Source: Helicobacter cetorum
Lineage (GTDB): Bacteria > Campylobacterota > Campylobacteria > Campylobacterales > BB28
Assembly (NCBI GenBank): GCA_022729755.1
Contig: DZAZ01000004.1
Span: forward strand, 1 to 58,029
Direction of reading: 5' to 3'
Length of the DNA: 58,029 bases
The position numbers and the translations under genes were made by a program. Below are positions 27,435 through 38,675 of the stretch, piece by piece. The notes below the pieces were generated by a model that worked only from the letters and a program-made list of their open reading frames with translations, was not told the DNA's origin and did no database searches. Each line of letters opens with the position of its first letter. Position 1 is the stretch's first letter.

Positions 27435-30400
27435 TATAAAATAAATCGATTGAATTGCTCTCATTTGAAATAGTACTCTCAACACCTAAATTTTTATTAA
27501 TATTATACTCAATCACGATACTGTTTTTATTTGCTGAATTTTTATAACCTACAGTTATATCATCTGTTAATTTTTTACCAACTTCAACATTGATAGCTGA
27601 ACTTACATCATCTTGTGAAATATCGATTTTATCGAGTTCTAAACCAAGCCCTTTTGCAATATCTTTTGAAATTGAATTAGATAAAAATATTAAAGCTTTT
27701 TGTGAATAATTTGTAGTTTTTGCATTATTATTTAACACATCATCTGAATTTTGTCCAAAAACTAAATATGAAATAATATCTTTTTTTGGCATATCTGGAA
27801 TTGAGCTAAAGTCTAACTTAGGATTTTTTAAATTACCAGTTACACTTATAAAAATTTCTACTTTATTTTCAATATATTTAAGCTTCAAATCAAGCAGTGG
27901 ATTTGAGTATTTTGTGCCGATAAAACGGATATAACTAGGTTCAATTAAAATTTTTTTACCCTCGATATTATATTCACCTTTTAAAATTTCAATATTCCCA
28001 TAAATCCCGAGTTCAGCATCAAACTCTTTTAAAATTTTTAAATAAGCATTAAAAGCAATTTCGCCATTTTCATTTTTATATAAAACTTCACCTTTGTTTA
28101 AAATATCTAAATTTATGTAATAATTTTTTAGTGAATTTTGCTCTTTTTTGACTTCTGTTTTTTTGACAATAATAATATCATCATCACTTGGAGGAGATAT
28201 ATTTTTTGGAATTTGATAAGTTATTTTTAATTTATTTAAAACAATTTCACCTATGATTTTTACTTTTTCACCATAATTTATATTGACATTACTATCAGCA
28301 ATTGCCTTTCCATAACCATATTTTTCAATAAATAATTTATTAGTTTTTAATTTTAAATCAATTTCATTGGCAATTTTTTGTGCATTTATAAAAATATTTT
28401 TGTTTAAAATTATTTCACTTATAGTTATATTTTCATCTTTAATTTTAATCATTACATCTTTTGTCAAATAAAATTCTCTATTTAAATCTTTTTCTACAAA
28501 CTTATCTAATTTAAAATTCACATTTTTTAAGATTAAATTCTCTTTTGTACCATTTAAAGTTAAATTTATATTTTTTATCTCTTTGTCTTCAAAAAGGACT
28601 TTTTTAGAGTTTAATTGCAAATTTATATTTGGATTTGTTAAATTTCCATCGATTTTTGAATTTAAATGGACTTTCCCATCAATTGGCACTTTTTCAAATG
28701 GATAAAGTGAATTTAACTCATCTTGAAGTTCGCTTAAATCACAATTTGAAGATACTCGCAAATCAAACGGATTTAATCCTCCATTTACATCGATTGTTAG
28801 GCTATTGCTTGAGAGTTTTAAATTTAATTTTTCCCTTAATTTAGTTGCATTTAAGTTAATTTTTAATTTATCACTTATTAATTTTAAATTTTCAACTTTT
28901 AAGTCTTCATCTTGAAAATAAATTTTAAACTTATTTGATTTTAACTTTTTTTGATAAATATTAGAATCTAGTAATTTTGCTTCTAAATTAAGTTCATTTA
29001 AATTTAAATTATAATTGCCATTTAAATCCATTTTTACGAATGAATCTTCAAACTCTTTTGGTAAATTTTTAATTATTTTCGCAAAATATAAATTATTTGA
29101 ATTTAATTTAAAAGTTAAAAAATTAAAATCATTTGTATAAATTTGAGAGTTAAAAAGGTGTGAATTTAAATTTGCATTAAAATTTTTTTGATTTCCATTT
29201 AAATTTATCATCAAATTATTTAGTTCACTCAACTCAACTATCTTAAACTCATTCATATTAAACTTCAAATCATAATCATAATTTAGCGAATTTACATCAA
29301 AATTTACGTTTGCATTTAAAAGTTGTATATTAGAAATATTTGTTTCTATATTTGAAGTTGTATTTGTTAAATTTAATTTTGAATTTAAAATATCATATTT
29401 TAAGTCGGAATTAAAATTATTTAAGCTTATCTTATAATTTTTATAAATATCTTTTGCATCTATTTTTACATTTGCTTTAATCTCTTTAAGATTTCCACTG
29501 CTTGAAATATCAACTTTTAACTTTTCTAAATTAAGATTTTCATCTTGGCTAAATTTATATAAATACGAATTTTTCAGAGTTTGAAAATCATCAAGTTTTG
29601 CATTTAAATTAAAAATCGTAGTGTTATTTATGTCATTTAAATTTGTACTCAAATCACTTTTTAATTCAATATTAGAAATATTGGAATTTAAAATCGCATT
29701 TAAATTTAAATTTAAAATAGATTGATTTATATCAAAACTTGAAGTTAAATTGAACTTTTTCGGGCTTAATTTCAACTCTTTATATAAATTTTTCCCACTC
29801 AAATCAAGTTTTGTATCTATTTTTTTAAAATTACCATCAACCAAAAGTTTGATATTTTCGATATTTTGCAAAGTTATATTTTTATCTTCAACCTCTTTAG
29901 CAAAAACAAAATTTTTAGGAATTTTTAAATTTGAACTAAAGTGATATTTATCGATTTGAAAATGACCCTTCAAACTCTCAATATTTAAAATATTTGAATT
30001 CAAATTAAGCATAAATTCGCTAATTAATTCGTTTGTAGCCACATAAAAAAAGTTATTTTTAGAATTTAAATTTAAATTTTCAATTTTATACTTATCATAA
30101 GTGATTTTTTGCGAAGTTAAATTTAACTCATTTACTCTTATTTCTCTAAAATATGGAATTTTAAAATTTATTTCATTTTCACTTGGAGCAAAAATCCAAT
30201 TTATAAACCCTTCTTTAATGGCTAAATCATCAGCTTTTATAGAGTTTATTTGTAAAGTTTTATCGATTAATTTAAAATAATCTAACTTTAAATCTAACTT
30301 CTTTATTTTTATATCATCGTTATAATTAAACTCTAAAACTTTAATTCCACTAAAAACTCCACCTTTTAAACTTAAACTAATATTTAAATCTTTTAATGGC

Positions 30401-30513
30401 TCTTTTAAATAATTATTAAGTAGATGTAAATTTTCCAAATATATAAGCAAAGAGATAGATAAAAATAAAACTATTACAAAAATTGCTTTAAAAAATAGTT
30501 TTAAAAGTTTCAT
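27421..30513 (-). CDS. tamB: Translocation and assembly module TamB
   Basis: N-terminal anchor, long beta-rich body, C-terminal NPLLDL...VTGNLKNPKLDFSSIP...IISYLVFG...VEVGKKL...DLFYKKEY. Confidence 0.85.
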   Translation of the reverse strand: MKLLKLFFKAIFVIVLFLSISLLIYLENLHLLNNYLKEPLKDLNISLSLKGGVFSGIKVLEFNYNDDIKIKKLDLKLDYFKLIDKTLQINSIKADDLAIKEGFINWIFAPSENEINFKIPYFREIRVNELNLTSQKITYDKYKIENLNLNSKNNFFYVATNELISEFMLNLNSNILNIESLKGHFQIDKYHFSSNLKIPKNFVFAKEVEDKNITLQNIENIKLLVDGNFKKIDTKLDLSGKNLYKELKLSPKKFNLTSSFDINQSILNLNLNAILNSNISNIELKSDLSTNLNDINNTTIFNLNAKLDDFQTLKNSYLYKFSQDENLNLEKLKVDISSSGNLKEIKANVKIDAKDIYKNYKISLNNFNSDLKYDILNSKLNLTNTTSNIETNISNIQLLNANVNFDVNSLNYDYDLKFNMNEFKIVELSELNNLMINLNGNQKNFNANLNSHLFNSQIYTNDFNFLTFKLNSNNLYFAKIIKNLPKEFEDSFVKMDLNGNYNLNLNELNLEAKLLDSNIYQKKLKSNKFKIYFQDEDLKVENLKLISDKLKINLNATKLREKLNLKLSSNSLTIDVNGGLNPFDLRVSSNCDLSELQDELNSLYPFEKVPIDGKVHLNSKIDGNLTNPNINLQLNSKKVLFEDKEIKNINLTLNGTKENLILKNVNFKLDKFVEKDLNREFYLTKDVMIKIKDENITISEIILNKNIFINAQKIANEIDLKLKTNKLFIEKYGYGKAIADSNVNINYGEKVKIIGEIVLNKLKITYQIPKNISPPSDDDIIIVKKTEVKKEQNSLKNYYINLDILNKGEVLYKNENGEIAFNAYLKILKEFDAELGIYGNIEILKGEYNIEGKKILIEPSYIRFIGTKYSNPLLDLKLKYIENKVEIFISVTGNLKNPKLDFSSIPDMPKKDIISYLVFGQNSDDVLNNNAKTTNYSQKALIFLSNSISKDIAKGLGLELDKIDISQDDVSSAINVEVGKKLTDDITVGYKNSANKNSIVIEYNINKNLGVESTISNESNSIDLFYKKEY

Positions 30514-30519
30514 TTGAGC

Positions 30520-31830
30520 CTAAATTTCACTTTTTTGCCTCTTCATATACTCACACTTATAATTATTTAGCATTTTATACTCTGCATCTATATCAAACAC
30601 AAATTTAACTGCTTCAATGATTGAGTCGGCAATTGGCTCTTCAGCGATATTTTTTAATTTTACTGTTGGAGAGTGTAAAAATTTATTAAAACTGCTATGA
30701 ACTATTTTTAACACAGCTTCTTTTGCATTTTCATCGATATAACCCTTTTTAATGGCTTTTTCAATAACTTCAATTGAACTATTTTTAGCTTGATTTCTAA
30801 TCTCTTTAATAATTGGCTCAACTGCCAAATTTTGAAGCCACTTAAAAAACTCAACTGAATATCTTCCTATGATTGAATAAGCAATTTTAGCTTGTTCTTC
30901 GCGAAGAGCTAAATTTTTATTTACAATCTCTTGCAAATCATCAACTCTATAAATTTCAATATCAAATCCAACTATATCATCAATATCCATAGGAACGGCT
31001 ATATCAAACCAATATCTTTGAAAACTTTTTGGCTCAATCATATCTTGATAGATGATAGTATGAGGAGCGCCAGTTGCACTAAATAGTAATCTATATCTAT
31101 TAATCAACTCCTTCAGTTTAGAATATGGTTCAGCACTTGCCATATTACCAAGTTCTTTCACTATTTCGTTTGCTTTATTTAAATCTCTATTTATTAAAAT
31201 TACATTGCAACCACTATTTATTAAATGTTTTGCCGTAAGTATACTCATCTCTCCAGCACCTATTACTAAGCCCGTATAACCGCCAAGTTCTCCACCAAAT
31301 ATATCTTTAGCTTTTGCAACTGCTGCACTTGCAACTGAAACAGAATTTTTTGAAATATCAGTTGAATTTCTAACACTAGCTGCACATTTAAACGCATAAT
31401 GCATCGCTCTTGAGAGTTTTTGAGAGCAAAACTTTTTTTCATACGAAAAGTTAAAAGCATCTTTTAATTGCCCAGAAATTTGGGTTTCACCTATAACTAA
31501 GCTATCAAGTGAACTAGCAACTGAAAAGAGATGATGAATTGCTCCATTATCCTCAAAAATATCGGCTCTTCCCTCTAATTCATCTTTTGGAATAGTTGAA
31601 TAATTTGAAAGCTTTTCTAAAATAAATTCAGTTGTATTAATCGCTTCAATCACACTTAATATGAGCTCAACTCTATTGCAAGTTGAGAGTAAAATAACTT
31701 CATTTATGCTAGAGTAAGTGATTAAAGTGTTTAAAAATTCTTCTTTAGCTTCATCATTATTAAAAGCTAACTTTTCTCTTGTTTTAATATCTGTGTTTTT
31801 GTGTGAAAAACTAATTAATAGATAATGCAT
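30520..31830 (-). CDS. hemA: Glutamyl-tRNA reductase
   Basis: LSTCNRVE, SLDSLVIGETQI, GAGEM and DIAVP motifs. Confidence 0.97.
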   Translation of the reverse strand: MHYLLISFSHKNTDIKTREKLAFNNDEAKEEFLNTLITYSSINEVILLSTCNRVELILSVIEAINTTEFILEKLSNYSTIPKDELEGRADIFEDNGAIHHLFSVASSLDSLVIGETQISGQLKDAFNFSYEKKFCSQKLSRAMHYAFKCAASVRNSTDISKNSVSVASAAVAKAKDIFGGELGGYTGLVIGAGEMSILTAKHLINSGCNVILINRDLNKANEIVKELGNMASAEPYSKLKELINRYRLLFSATGAPHTIIYQDMIEPKSFQRYWFDIAVPMDIDDIVGFDIEIYRVDDLQEIVNKNLALREEQAKIAYSIIGRYSVEFFKWLQNLAVEPIIKEIRNQAKNSSIEVIEKAIKKGYIDENAKEAVLKIVHSSFNKFLHSPTVKLKNIAEEPIADSIIEAVKFVFDIDAEYKMLNNYKCEYMKRQKSEI

Positions 31831-32726
31831 TAAAACTCCCTATCTATCATACTTCGCATAATTGCAATTAACTCATTTGCATCTTCATTTTCAAGGGCTT
31901 TTATTCCATCATTTGCCAGTGTAATTGCAATATTTAAACTCTCTTCTTTAATATTAGCAACTGTAAATTTCTCTTTTAGCCAACTCTCTTCATACTCGCT
32001 CAATTCCCTTGCAAACATCGATTTAAGCAACTCTTTATCATCAAAATCTAACTTTTCATACAATAAAATATAAGGAAGTGTACTCTTTCCATCTCTAAAA
32101 TCACTCATTGCAGGTTTGCCCAGTTGTTCGCTAGTTTGAGTAATATCAAGCAAATCATCAACTATTTGAAAAGCAATTCCCAAATTTTTACCATAAAGTC
32201 CAAATTTATTGCTATTTTTACCCGCAAGAATTGCCGAAGCTTTCGCACTTGCTTCAATTAATGCTGAAGTTTTTTTATAAATCATATCAAAATATAAATC
32301 TTTATTTGAATTAAACTTTTGAGCAAGTTCCACATCTAAAAATTCACCAATTGAAAGAAGTGTGACTGCATTTGAGATAACTTGAGCGATATTACTATCA
32401 AATTTCGTAAGCTCAAAAAAAGCTTTTGAGTACAAAATATCACCTAACATAATCGATTTTTTATTTCCAAAAGAGGCATTAATCGAAGGTTTTCCTCGTC
32501 TTATAATTGACTCATCAATTACATCATCGTGAAGTAAACTCGCTAAGTGAATTAACTCTACAATTGCACAAAGTTTTATTGAAATTTCACTCTCTTTTGC
32601 AATTTTTAAAATTAACTTACTTCTTAGCATTTTACCTATTGAAATGTTATTATATATTTGCAATATTTTGCTATTATCTATCTCATTTATGTAAGTTTGC
32701 ATTTGATTTTGAACTTTTATTAGCAT
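31830..32726 (-). CDS. ispB: Polyprenyl diphosphate synthase
   Basis: LHDDVID...RRG and FQIVDDLLD aspartate-rich motifs. Confidence 0.92.
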   Translation of the reverse strand: MLIKVQNQMQTYINEIDNSKILQIYNNISIGKMLRSKLILKIAKESEISIKLCAIVELIHLASLLHDDVIDESIIRRGKPSINASFGNKKSIMLGDILYSKAFFELTKFDSNIAQVISNAVTLLSIGEFLDVELAQKFNSNKDLYFDMIYKKTSALIEASAKASAILAGKNSNKFGLYGKNLGIAFQIVDDLLDITQTSEQLGKPAMSDFRDGKSTLPYILLYEKLDFDDKELLKSMFARELSEYEESWLKEKFTVANIKEESLNIAITLANDGIKALENEDANELIAIMRSMIDREF

Positions 32727-32736
32727 ATTTGCCTCT

Positions 32737-33108
32737 TTATTTTTTTATATATAATTCAAAAGTTGCTATTTTTTTCATAATATCCATATCTTTAAAAACT
32801 AAAAATATGAAACTACCCTCTTTTTCGTAATTTTGTTGTGGTAATAAATTCAATTTAAAGCTATCTAACCCATATTGTTTATATAAAATAAATTGCTTAT
32901 TAAATCCATCATAATTTAAGTGCATAACTAAACCCTCATTCATAAAAAGGGTCCATCTAAAGTATAATTTCTTCTCTCGTACACCATCAGTTATAATTTT
33001 TTCGTAAATTTCATCTTTTTTTAAACTAATTTCCTCTTGTGTATCCCAAATTACAGCAGCAGAAAATAGATTAATACAAAAAAGTGCAATTAATAAAATT
33101 TTACTCAT
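32737..33108 (-). CDS. Conserved Campylobacterota exported protein
   Basis: Signal peptide and FRWTLF motif; lies between the DUF2018 gene and ispB. Confidence 0.7.
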   Translation of the reverse strand: MSKILLIALFCINLFSAAVIWDTQEEISLKKDEIYEKIITDGVREKKLYFRWTLFMNEGLVMHLNYDGFNKQFILYKQYGLDSFKLNLLPQQNYEKEGSFIFLVFKDMDIMKKIATFELYIKK

Positions 33109-33373
33109 TTTGAGACACTATATTCGCCGTTAAGTGGATGAACATATCTTTTTTTGCCAACTCTAACTTTTTTTCATCGTTATATTTTAAAGTTAAAATT
33201 TTTTTATCAACATCTTCTATTTTATTTTGTTCTAACAAAAACTCAAGAAGTGCCAATCTTTCGATTAAATTTTCAATTTCATTTTCTACTAAATTTCTAT
33301 TTGCATTATAAACTATATCAAAAAAGTTATCTCGTGGATTTCCCGCAAAAATATCATCACTTTCTAAAAACAT
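33101..33373 (-). CDS. DUF2018 family protein
   Basis: DIFAGNPRDNFFDIVYNANRNLVE...IVSQNE pattern. Confidence 0.8.
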   Translation of the reverse strand: MFLESDDIFAGNPRDNFFDIVYNANRNLVENEIENLIERLALLEFLLEQNKIEDVDKKILTLKYNDEKKLELAKKDMFIHLTANIVSQNE

Positions 33374-33396
33374 TTTAACTCCAAAAATTAAATTAA

Positions 33397-33422
33397 AAAA
33401 AGTAAGAAAAAACTTACTTTTT
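33397..33422 (-). terminator. Probable intrinsic terminator after the DUF2231-like gene
   Basis: AAAAAGTAAG-AAAAAA-CTTACTTTTT inverted repeat. Confidence 0.55.
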
Positions 33423-33894
33423 ACTCATCTTCACAATATTTATTAAAGACTTCGCTCGGAATACCAGCACCGTACTCATACACTAATTCTCCACCATCTT
33501 TACCCTGTTTTAGCATTAGTGTAATAACTAAAATCACACCAACTAAAAATATAACTTCCAAAATTTGTTTTTGAAACTTTGAAGCTAAAACTTTCACTAT
33601 CGCTAAAACACTCATCGCAATTGCTAAAATAATTCCAAGTTTTGCATGTTCTTTTAACTCTTCTTTACCCTCATCACTCAAAACTCCAGCAATATCGGCA
33701 ATTCCTTGCATAACACCACCACTATACCAAGCACCTATCGTAAAAATAGCTGCAAAAATAGCTAATAAAAATGTAACTTTAGAGTAAGTTTCATTCTTTG
33801 TATATAAAAAAACTCCTTGAAAAACTAGTGTTAAAATCGGCAAAACAATCGCAAAATGAACAATTGCTGGATGAAGTGGAATTGCACTCTCCAT
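33421..33894 (-). CDS. DUF2231-like membrane protein
   Basis: LHPAIVHFAIVLP, conserved His, GGELVYEYGAG. Confidence 0.8.
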   Translation of the reverse strand: MESAIPLHPAIVHFAIVLPILTLVFQGVFLYTKNETYSKVTFLLAIFAAIFTIGAWYSGGVMQGIADIAGVLSDEGKEELKEHAKLGIILAIAMSVLAIVKVLASKFQKQILEVIFLVGVILVITLMLKQGKDGGELVYEYGAGIPSEVFNKYCEDE

Positions 33895-33948
33895 TAGTCA
33901 CTCCTTTTTTTAATTTTAAAAATATTAGATTACATCAATAACTCTTAA

Positions 33949-35241
33949 TTATTCTTTTAATCTTACTTCAATTGAGAGTTTATGAGCTTCAAGCCCTTCA
34001 ATATCAGCAATCAAACTCCCATGAACTCCTATCTCTTTAATTGCATTTTTAGAAAATGAAATAATTGAAGATTTTTTTAAGAAATTCTCAACACTTAATG
34101 GCGAGAAAAATTTCGCAGTTGAGCCTGTTGGGAGAGTGTGATTTGGTCCAGCGATATAATCGCCTATTGCTTCAGGAGTATTTGCACCCAAAAATATCGC
34201 TCCAGCATTTTTAATATAAGGCAACAGTTCAAATGGATTATTTGTGACAACTTCAAGGTGTTCTGGTGCAATTTCATTCATCAATTCAATCGCTTCACTC
34301 ATATTTTTTGCGATAATAATCGAACATCGCTCATTTATTGATTTTTGTGCAATCTCTTTTCGGCTTAAATTTTCAAGCCAAAGCTTAATCTCTTTTTCAA
34401 CATTAAAAGCCAACTCTTTTGAACTTGTAATTAATATTGAACTCGCCATTTCATCGTGTTCAGCTTGACTTAACATATCAATTGCAATGTGACTTGGTTT
34501 TGCACTCTCATCAGCTAAAACCCCAATTTCACTAGGTCCAGCTATCATATCGATATTAACTTCACCATAAACAAGCTTTTTAGCCGTTGCGACAAAAATA
34601 TTACCAGGTCCCGTGATTACATCAACTTTTGGAATTAAATTTGTGCCATAAGCCATCGCTGCAATCGCACTAGCACCGCCAACTTTGAAAACTCTATCCA
34701 CTTTACATAAATGTAGCGAAGCTAAAAGCAACTCATTTATATAATTCTCTGGAGTTGGAGTGCAAACTATTATCTCTTTCACTCTCGCAACAATCGCTGG
34801 AATTGCATTCATAAGTAGTGAGCTTGGATAAACCGCTTTTCCTCCAGGAATATAAAGTCCAGCTTTTTCAATTGGAGTTACTTTTTGACCTAAAATCGTG
34901 CCATTATCTTCGTAATCTAGCCAACTTTTTGGCAATTGTTTTTCGTGATAAGATTTTATTCTCTCATAAGCCACCAAAAGTGAAGTTTTAATTTTTTCAT
35001 CTAAATTTTCATAAGCTAACTTCATATCATCTTTTGAAATTTCTATTTCAGTCGCATTTTTTGGTGTCCATTTATCAAATTTGCTTATATGATTTATTAA
35101 TGCAACATCTTTTTGATTGATAACTTCTTCAATTAAATTTGAAACAATATTTGAAACATTTTTAATATCAAGTTTACCTCTATTTAAAATTTCATTAAAA
35201 TTTTGATTAAAATCACTATCAATTGTTGAAAAAATTTTCAT
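33949..35241 (-). CDS. hisD: Histidinol dehydrogenase
   Basis: GLYIPGG, DMIAGPSE, SQAEHD, APEHLE and GPNHTLPT motifs. Confidence 0.98.
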   Translation of the reverse strand: MKIFSTIDSDFNQNFNEILNRGKLDIKNVSNIVSNLIEEVINQKDVALINHISKFDKWTPKNATEIEISKDDMKLAYENLDEKIKTSLLVAYERIKSYHEKQLPKSWLDYEDNGTILGQKVTPIEKAGLYIPGGKAVYPSSLLMNAIPAIVARVKEIIVCTPTPENYINELLLASLHLCKVDRVFKVGGASAIAAMAYGTNLIPKVDVITGPGNIFVATAKKLVYGEVNIDMIAGPSEIGVLADESAKPSHIAIDMLSQAEHDEMASSILITSSKELAFNVEKEIKLWLENLSRKEIAQKSINERCSIIIAKNMSEAIELMNEIAPEHLEVVTNNPFELLPYIKNAGAIFLGANTPEAIGDYIAGPNHTLPTGSTAKFFSPLSVENFLKKSSIISFSKNAIKEIGVHGSLIADIEGLEAHKLSIEVRLKE

Positions 35242-35347
35242 TTAAATCCTTTTAATAAAATTGCAAAAGGTTACCAAAATAGGAATTTTAAAACACTTAA
35301 GGATAAATATGATATATTTTAAGTAAAAATCGATAAATTAGGTTTAT

Positions 35348-37534
35348 ATGGATAGAATTTTTACACTTTTAGCTTCTCTTTCGATTGTTAGTAAAATTGT
35401 TATCTTATATCTTTTTTCTATTTTTGTGATTGCTTTATCGTTTTATTATTATGCTACAAATATCACATATCCCGCTATTTTGAAAATTGAACATCAAAAA
35501 ATAAAAACAATTACAAGTTTAATAAAAGAAGATGTCGAAATTATGCTTCAATTTGACTTGGATGAAAGTTATCAAGAGATAGAAAAAATTTTAAAAAGAG
35601 ATGGGCAAATCATTGGGATTTATGTAAATAATGAACAAAATACTTCTACAGGAATTTCTAATTTAAGCTTCAAAAAAAGCGAAAATATAGAGTTTTATGA
35701 AAATAAAGAGTACTTTTCATATTATGTTAAATTAAAAAATAAAGGTTTTTTTGTTCTATTTTTTTCAGCAAAAAGTTATCTGCAAAATTTAGAAAATTAT
35801 AATATTTTTACAAAAAATATTTTTATTGAAATTTTAGTTTTATTAATATTATTTATTTTTATTTTAAAATATTTAATGAGTCCACTCTCAAAATTAGCCG
35901 ATAGTTTGCGAAATATTAATTTAGAAAAAGAGATAAATTTAAATTTACCAAAAATTAAATCTAACGATGAAAGAAGAGAATTAATTATCGCAGTTGAATT
36001 GATGAGTAAAAAAATAAATAGATATATAAGAGAACTTTCACTATTTAATAAATCCCTAGAAAATAAAGTAAACGAGAGAACAAGAGAGTTATTTTTAGCA
36101 AAAGAGGAAGCTGAAAGAGCAAATAGAGCTAAGAGTGAATTTTTAGCAAATATTTCGCACGAAATTAGAACTCCACTTAATTCTGTTATTGGTTTTACGG
36201 ATTTACTTGAAACATCAATCACAAGCAAAAAAGAGAAAAATTATCTTCAATCAATTAAAAGTGGAGGTAAAAATTTATTAATTTTGATTAATGATATTTT
36301 AGATTTATCTAAAATCGAAGCTGGAAAGATGAATTTAGAATATTGTAATGTAAATATTTATGAATTAATTGATGAAATTAAGAAAATATTTAGCTTAAAA
36401 CTTGAAGAGAAAAAATTAAACTTTGATGTAAATATAGCAAAAGATATAAATAATTATTTATATTTAGATGAAGTTAGAATAAGACAAGTACTCGTAAATA
36501 TCGTAGGAAATGCGATTAAATTTACAGATAGTGGAACTATTAGTTTAAATATTATTTTTACTCAAAAGAGTGAGGATTTGATAGATTTAAAAATTTTAGT
36601 TTCAGATAGTGGAATTGGAATACCAAAAAGTGAACAAGAGAATATTTTTAAACCTTTTGTACAACAAGATGGACAAAGCACAAGAAAGTATGGAGGCACG
36701 GGTTTAGGGCTTTCGATTAGTAAAAAATTGGTTGAAATGATGAATGGAGAAATTAATGTTGATAGTGAAGTAAATGTTGGAAGTATATTTTTTATAAATT
36801 TATATGATGTAAAAATTTTAGAACCTATTAATAGAACCGAAAATAAGCTAATTTCACAAAAAAATGAAGAAGAGGTAATTTTTGAAAATTCTAAAATATT
36901 AATTGTAGATGATATTAAAGATAATATAGAGTTATTAAAAGCTTATTTAAATAATACAAATATAGAAATAATCGAAGCAACCAATGGATATATGGCGATT
37001 GCTAAAGCGAAGGAGTATGAGCCAAATTTGATTTTAATGGATATTTCAATGCCAATAATGGATGGATATGAAGCAAATAATAAAATTAAAGAGATTGAAA
37101 AGTTAAAGAATATTCCCGTTATTGCTTATACGGCTTCTGTTACCAAAAAAGAGCAAGAAAAAATTATGAGTTTAGGATTTGCTGATTTTTTAGGAAAACC
37201 AATATTAAAAGAAGAGTTAATAAATTGTGCAAAAAAATTTTTAAAACATAAAAAAAATATGAAAAACAGAGATAAATTGCAAATAAATTTAAATGAAAAT
37301 ATTTTAAAAATATTAAAAGAGTATGTAAAAAAATTGAGTGAACTTTATGAATTAGGAGATTCGGCTTTGATAAAAGAGCATATAATAAAATTTGAAGGGT
37401 TTATTAATGAAAATTCAATTTTAGAATTAAAAGAAAATTTAAATATACTTTTAAATTCTATTGATAATTTTGATATAGATGGTTTTTATAAAGAGCTTTT
37501 ATCTTTAAAATCTTTTTTTAATATAAGTGAGTAA
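35348..37534 (+). CDS. Membrane hybrid sensor kinase (HAMP-HisKA-HATPase-REC)
   Basis: Two TMs, [35 protein letters not shown]. Confidence 0.93.
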   Translation: MDRIFTLLASLSIVSKIVILYLFSIFVIALSFYYYATNITYPAILKIEHQKIKTITSLIKEDVEIMLQFDLDESYQEIEKILKRDGQIIGIYVNNEQNTSTGISNLSFKKSENIEFYENKEYFSYYVKLKNKGFFVLFFSAKSYLQNLENYNIFTKNIFIEILVLLILFIFILKYLMSPLSKLADSLRNINLEKEINLNLPKIKSNDERRELIIAVELMSKKINRYIRELSLFNKSLENKVNERTRELFLAKEEAERANRAKSEFLANISHEIRTPLNSVIGFTDLLETSITSKKEKNYLQSIKSGGKNLLILINDILDLSKIEAGKMNLEYCNVNIYELIDEIKKIFSLKLEEKKLNFDVNIAKDINNYLYLDEVRIRQVLVNIVGNAIKFTDSGTISLNIIFTQKSEDLIDLKILVSDSGIGIPKSEQENIFKPFVQQDGQSTRKYGGTGLGLSISKKLVEMMNGEINVDSEVNVGSIFFINLYDVKILEPINRTENKLISQKNEEEVIFENSKILIVDDIKDNIELLKAYLNNTNIEIIEATNGYMAIAKAKEYEPNLILMDISMPIMDGYEANNKIKEIEKLKNIPVIAYTASVTKKEQEKIMSLGFADFLGKPILKEELINCAKKFLKHKKNMKNRDKLQINLNENILKILKEYVKKLSELYELGDSALIKEHIIKFEGFINENSILELKENLNILLNSIDNFDIDGFYKELLSLKSFFNISE

Positions 37535-37537
37535 AAA

Positions 37538-38674
37538 ATGTTAAAAAATGCTCCACGAGTTTTAATTGTCGATGACAATCCTAAAAATATCCAGATTGTT
37601 GCAAATATTTTAAAAAGTGAAGATTATTTAATTTCATTTACAAATAATGGTAAAAAAGCTTTTGAGCTTTGTCAAAAAAATCAATTTGATTTAATTTTAC
37701 TTGATGTAATGATGCCTGAAATTGATGGCTTTGAAGCTTGTAAATTAATTAAAAATATAGATTTATATATCGATGTGCCTGTGATTTTTTTGACTGCTAA
37801 AACTGAAATGGATAATATTTTAAAAGGTTTTGAAGTTGGTGGAGTTGATTATATAATTAAACCTTTTAATGCTCAAGAGTTACTTCAAAGAGTAAAAACT
37901 CAATTAAAAGTAAGAGAATTAACTTATAAATTAATTGAAACTGAAAAAATGGTTGCAATTGGAGAATTGGTAGCTGGAGTTGCCCACGAAATCAATACTC
38001 CAATAGGAGTTGCTGTTACTGCTACTTCTAAAATGGAAAGTAAAACAAAAATACTTATCGAATCTTTTAATAAATCTGAATTAACAAAAGATGAATTAAA
38101 TGAGTATTTAGAGATTATTCAAAGAGGTTTAACTATAAGTTTAAAAAATTTAGAGAGAGCAAATGAGTTAATTCAATCTTTTAAACAAGTTGCCGTAGAC
38201 CAATCTAGCGAAGATAAAAGAAAGTTTAATGTATGTAAATATTTTTGTGAAATTTTAATGACACTTGAGCCAAAATTTAAAAATAGTGATTATAAAATTA
38301 ATTTAAATTGTAATATTGATTTAGAGTTATACTCATTTGCAGGAGCTTATTCTCAAATTTTAACAAATTTAATTATGAACTCTTTTATCCACGGTTTTAA
38401 AAATTTAAAAAGTGGAGAAATTAATATTTATCTATCGATAAAAGATGAAAAACTAGTTATAATTTATATGGATAATGGAGTTGGAATAGTAAAAGAAAAT
38501 ATAAAAAGGGTGTTTGAACCTTTTTTTACAACAAATAGAGAAAACGGTGGAAGTGGACTTGGAATGGCAGTAGTTTACAATTTAATTACTCAAAGATTAA
38601 ATGGAAAAATAGAAATTGAGAGTGAAAGTGAAAAAGGTATAAAATTTTTTATCGAAATACCTCTAAAGGATTAA
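37538..38674 (+). CDS. REC-histidine kinase hybrid
   Basis: LLDVMMP, GVAHEINTPIG and GGSGLG motifs. Confidence 0.92.
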   Translation: MLKNAPRVLIVDDNPKNIQIVANILKSEDYLISFTNNGKKAFELCQKNQFDLILLDVMMPEIDGFEACKLIKNIDLYIDVPVIFLTAKTEMDNILKGFEVGGVDYIIKPFNAQELLQRVKTQLKVRELTYKLIETEKMVAIGELVAGVAHEINTPIGVAVTATSKMESKTKILIESFNKSELTKDELNEYLEIIQRGLTISLKNLERANELIQSFKQVAVDQSSEDKRKFNVCKYFCEILMTLEPKFKNSDYKINLNCNIDLELYSFAGAYSQILTNLIMNSFIHGFKNLKSGEINIYLSIKDEKLVIIYMDNGVGIVKENIKRVFEPFFTTNRENGGSGLGMAVVYNLITQRLNGKIEIESESEKGIKFFIEIPLKD

Positions 38675-38675
38675 A

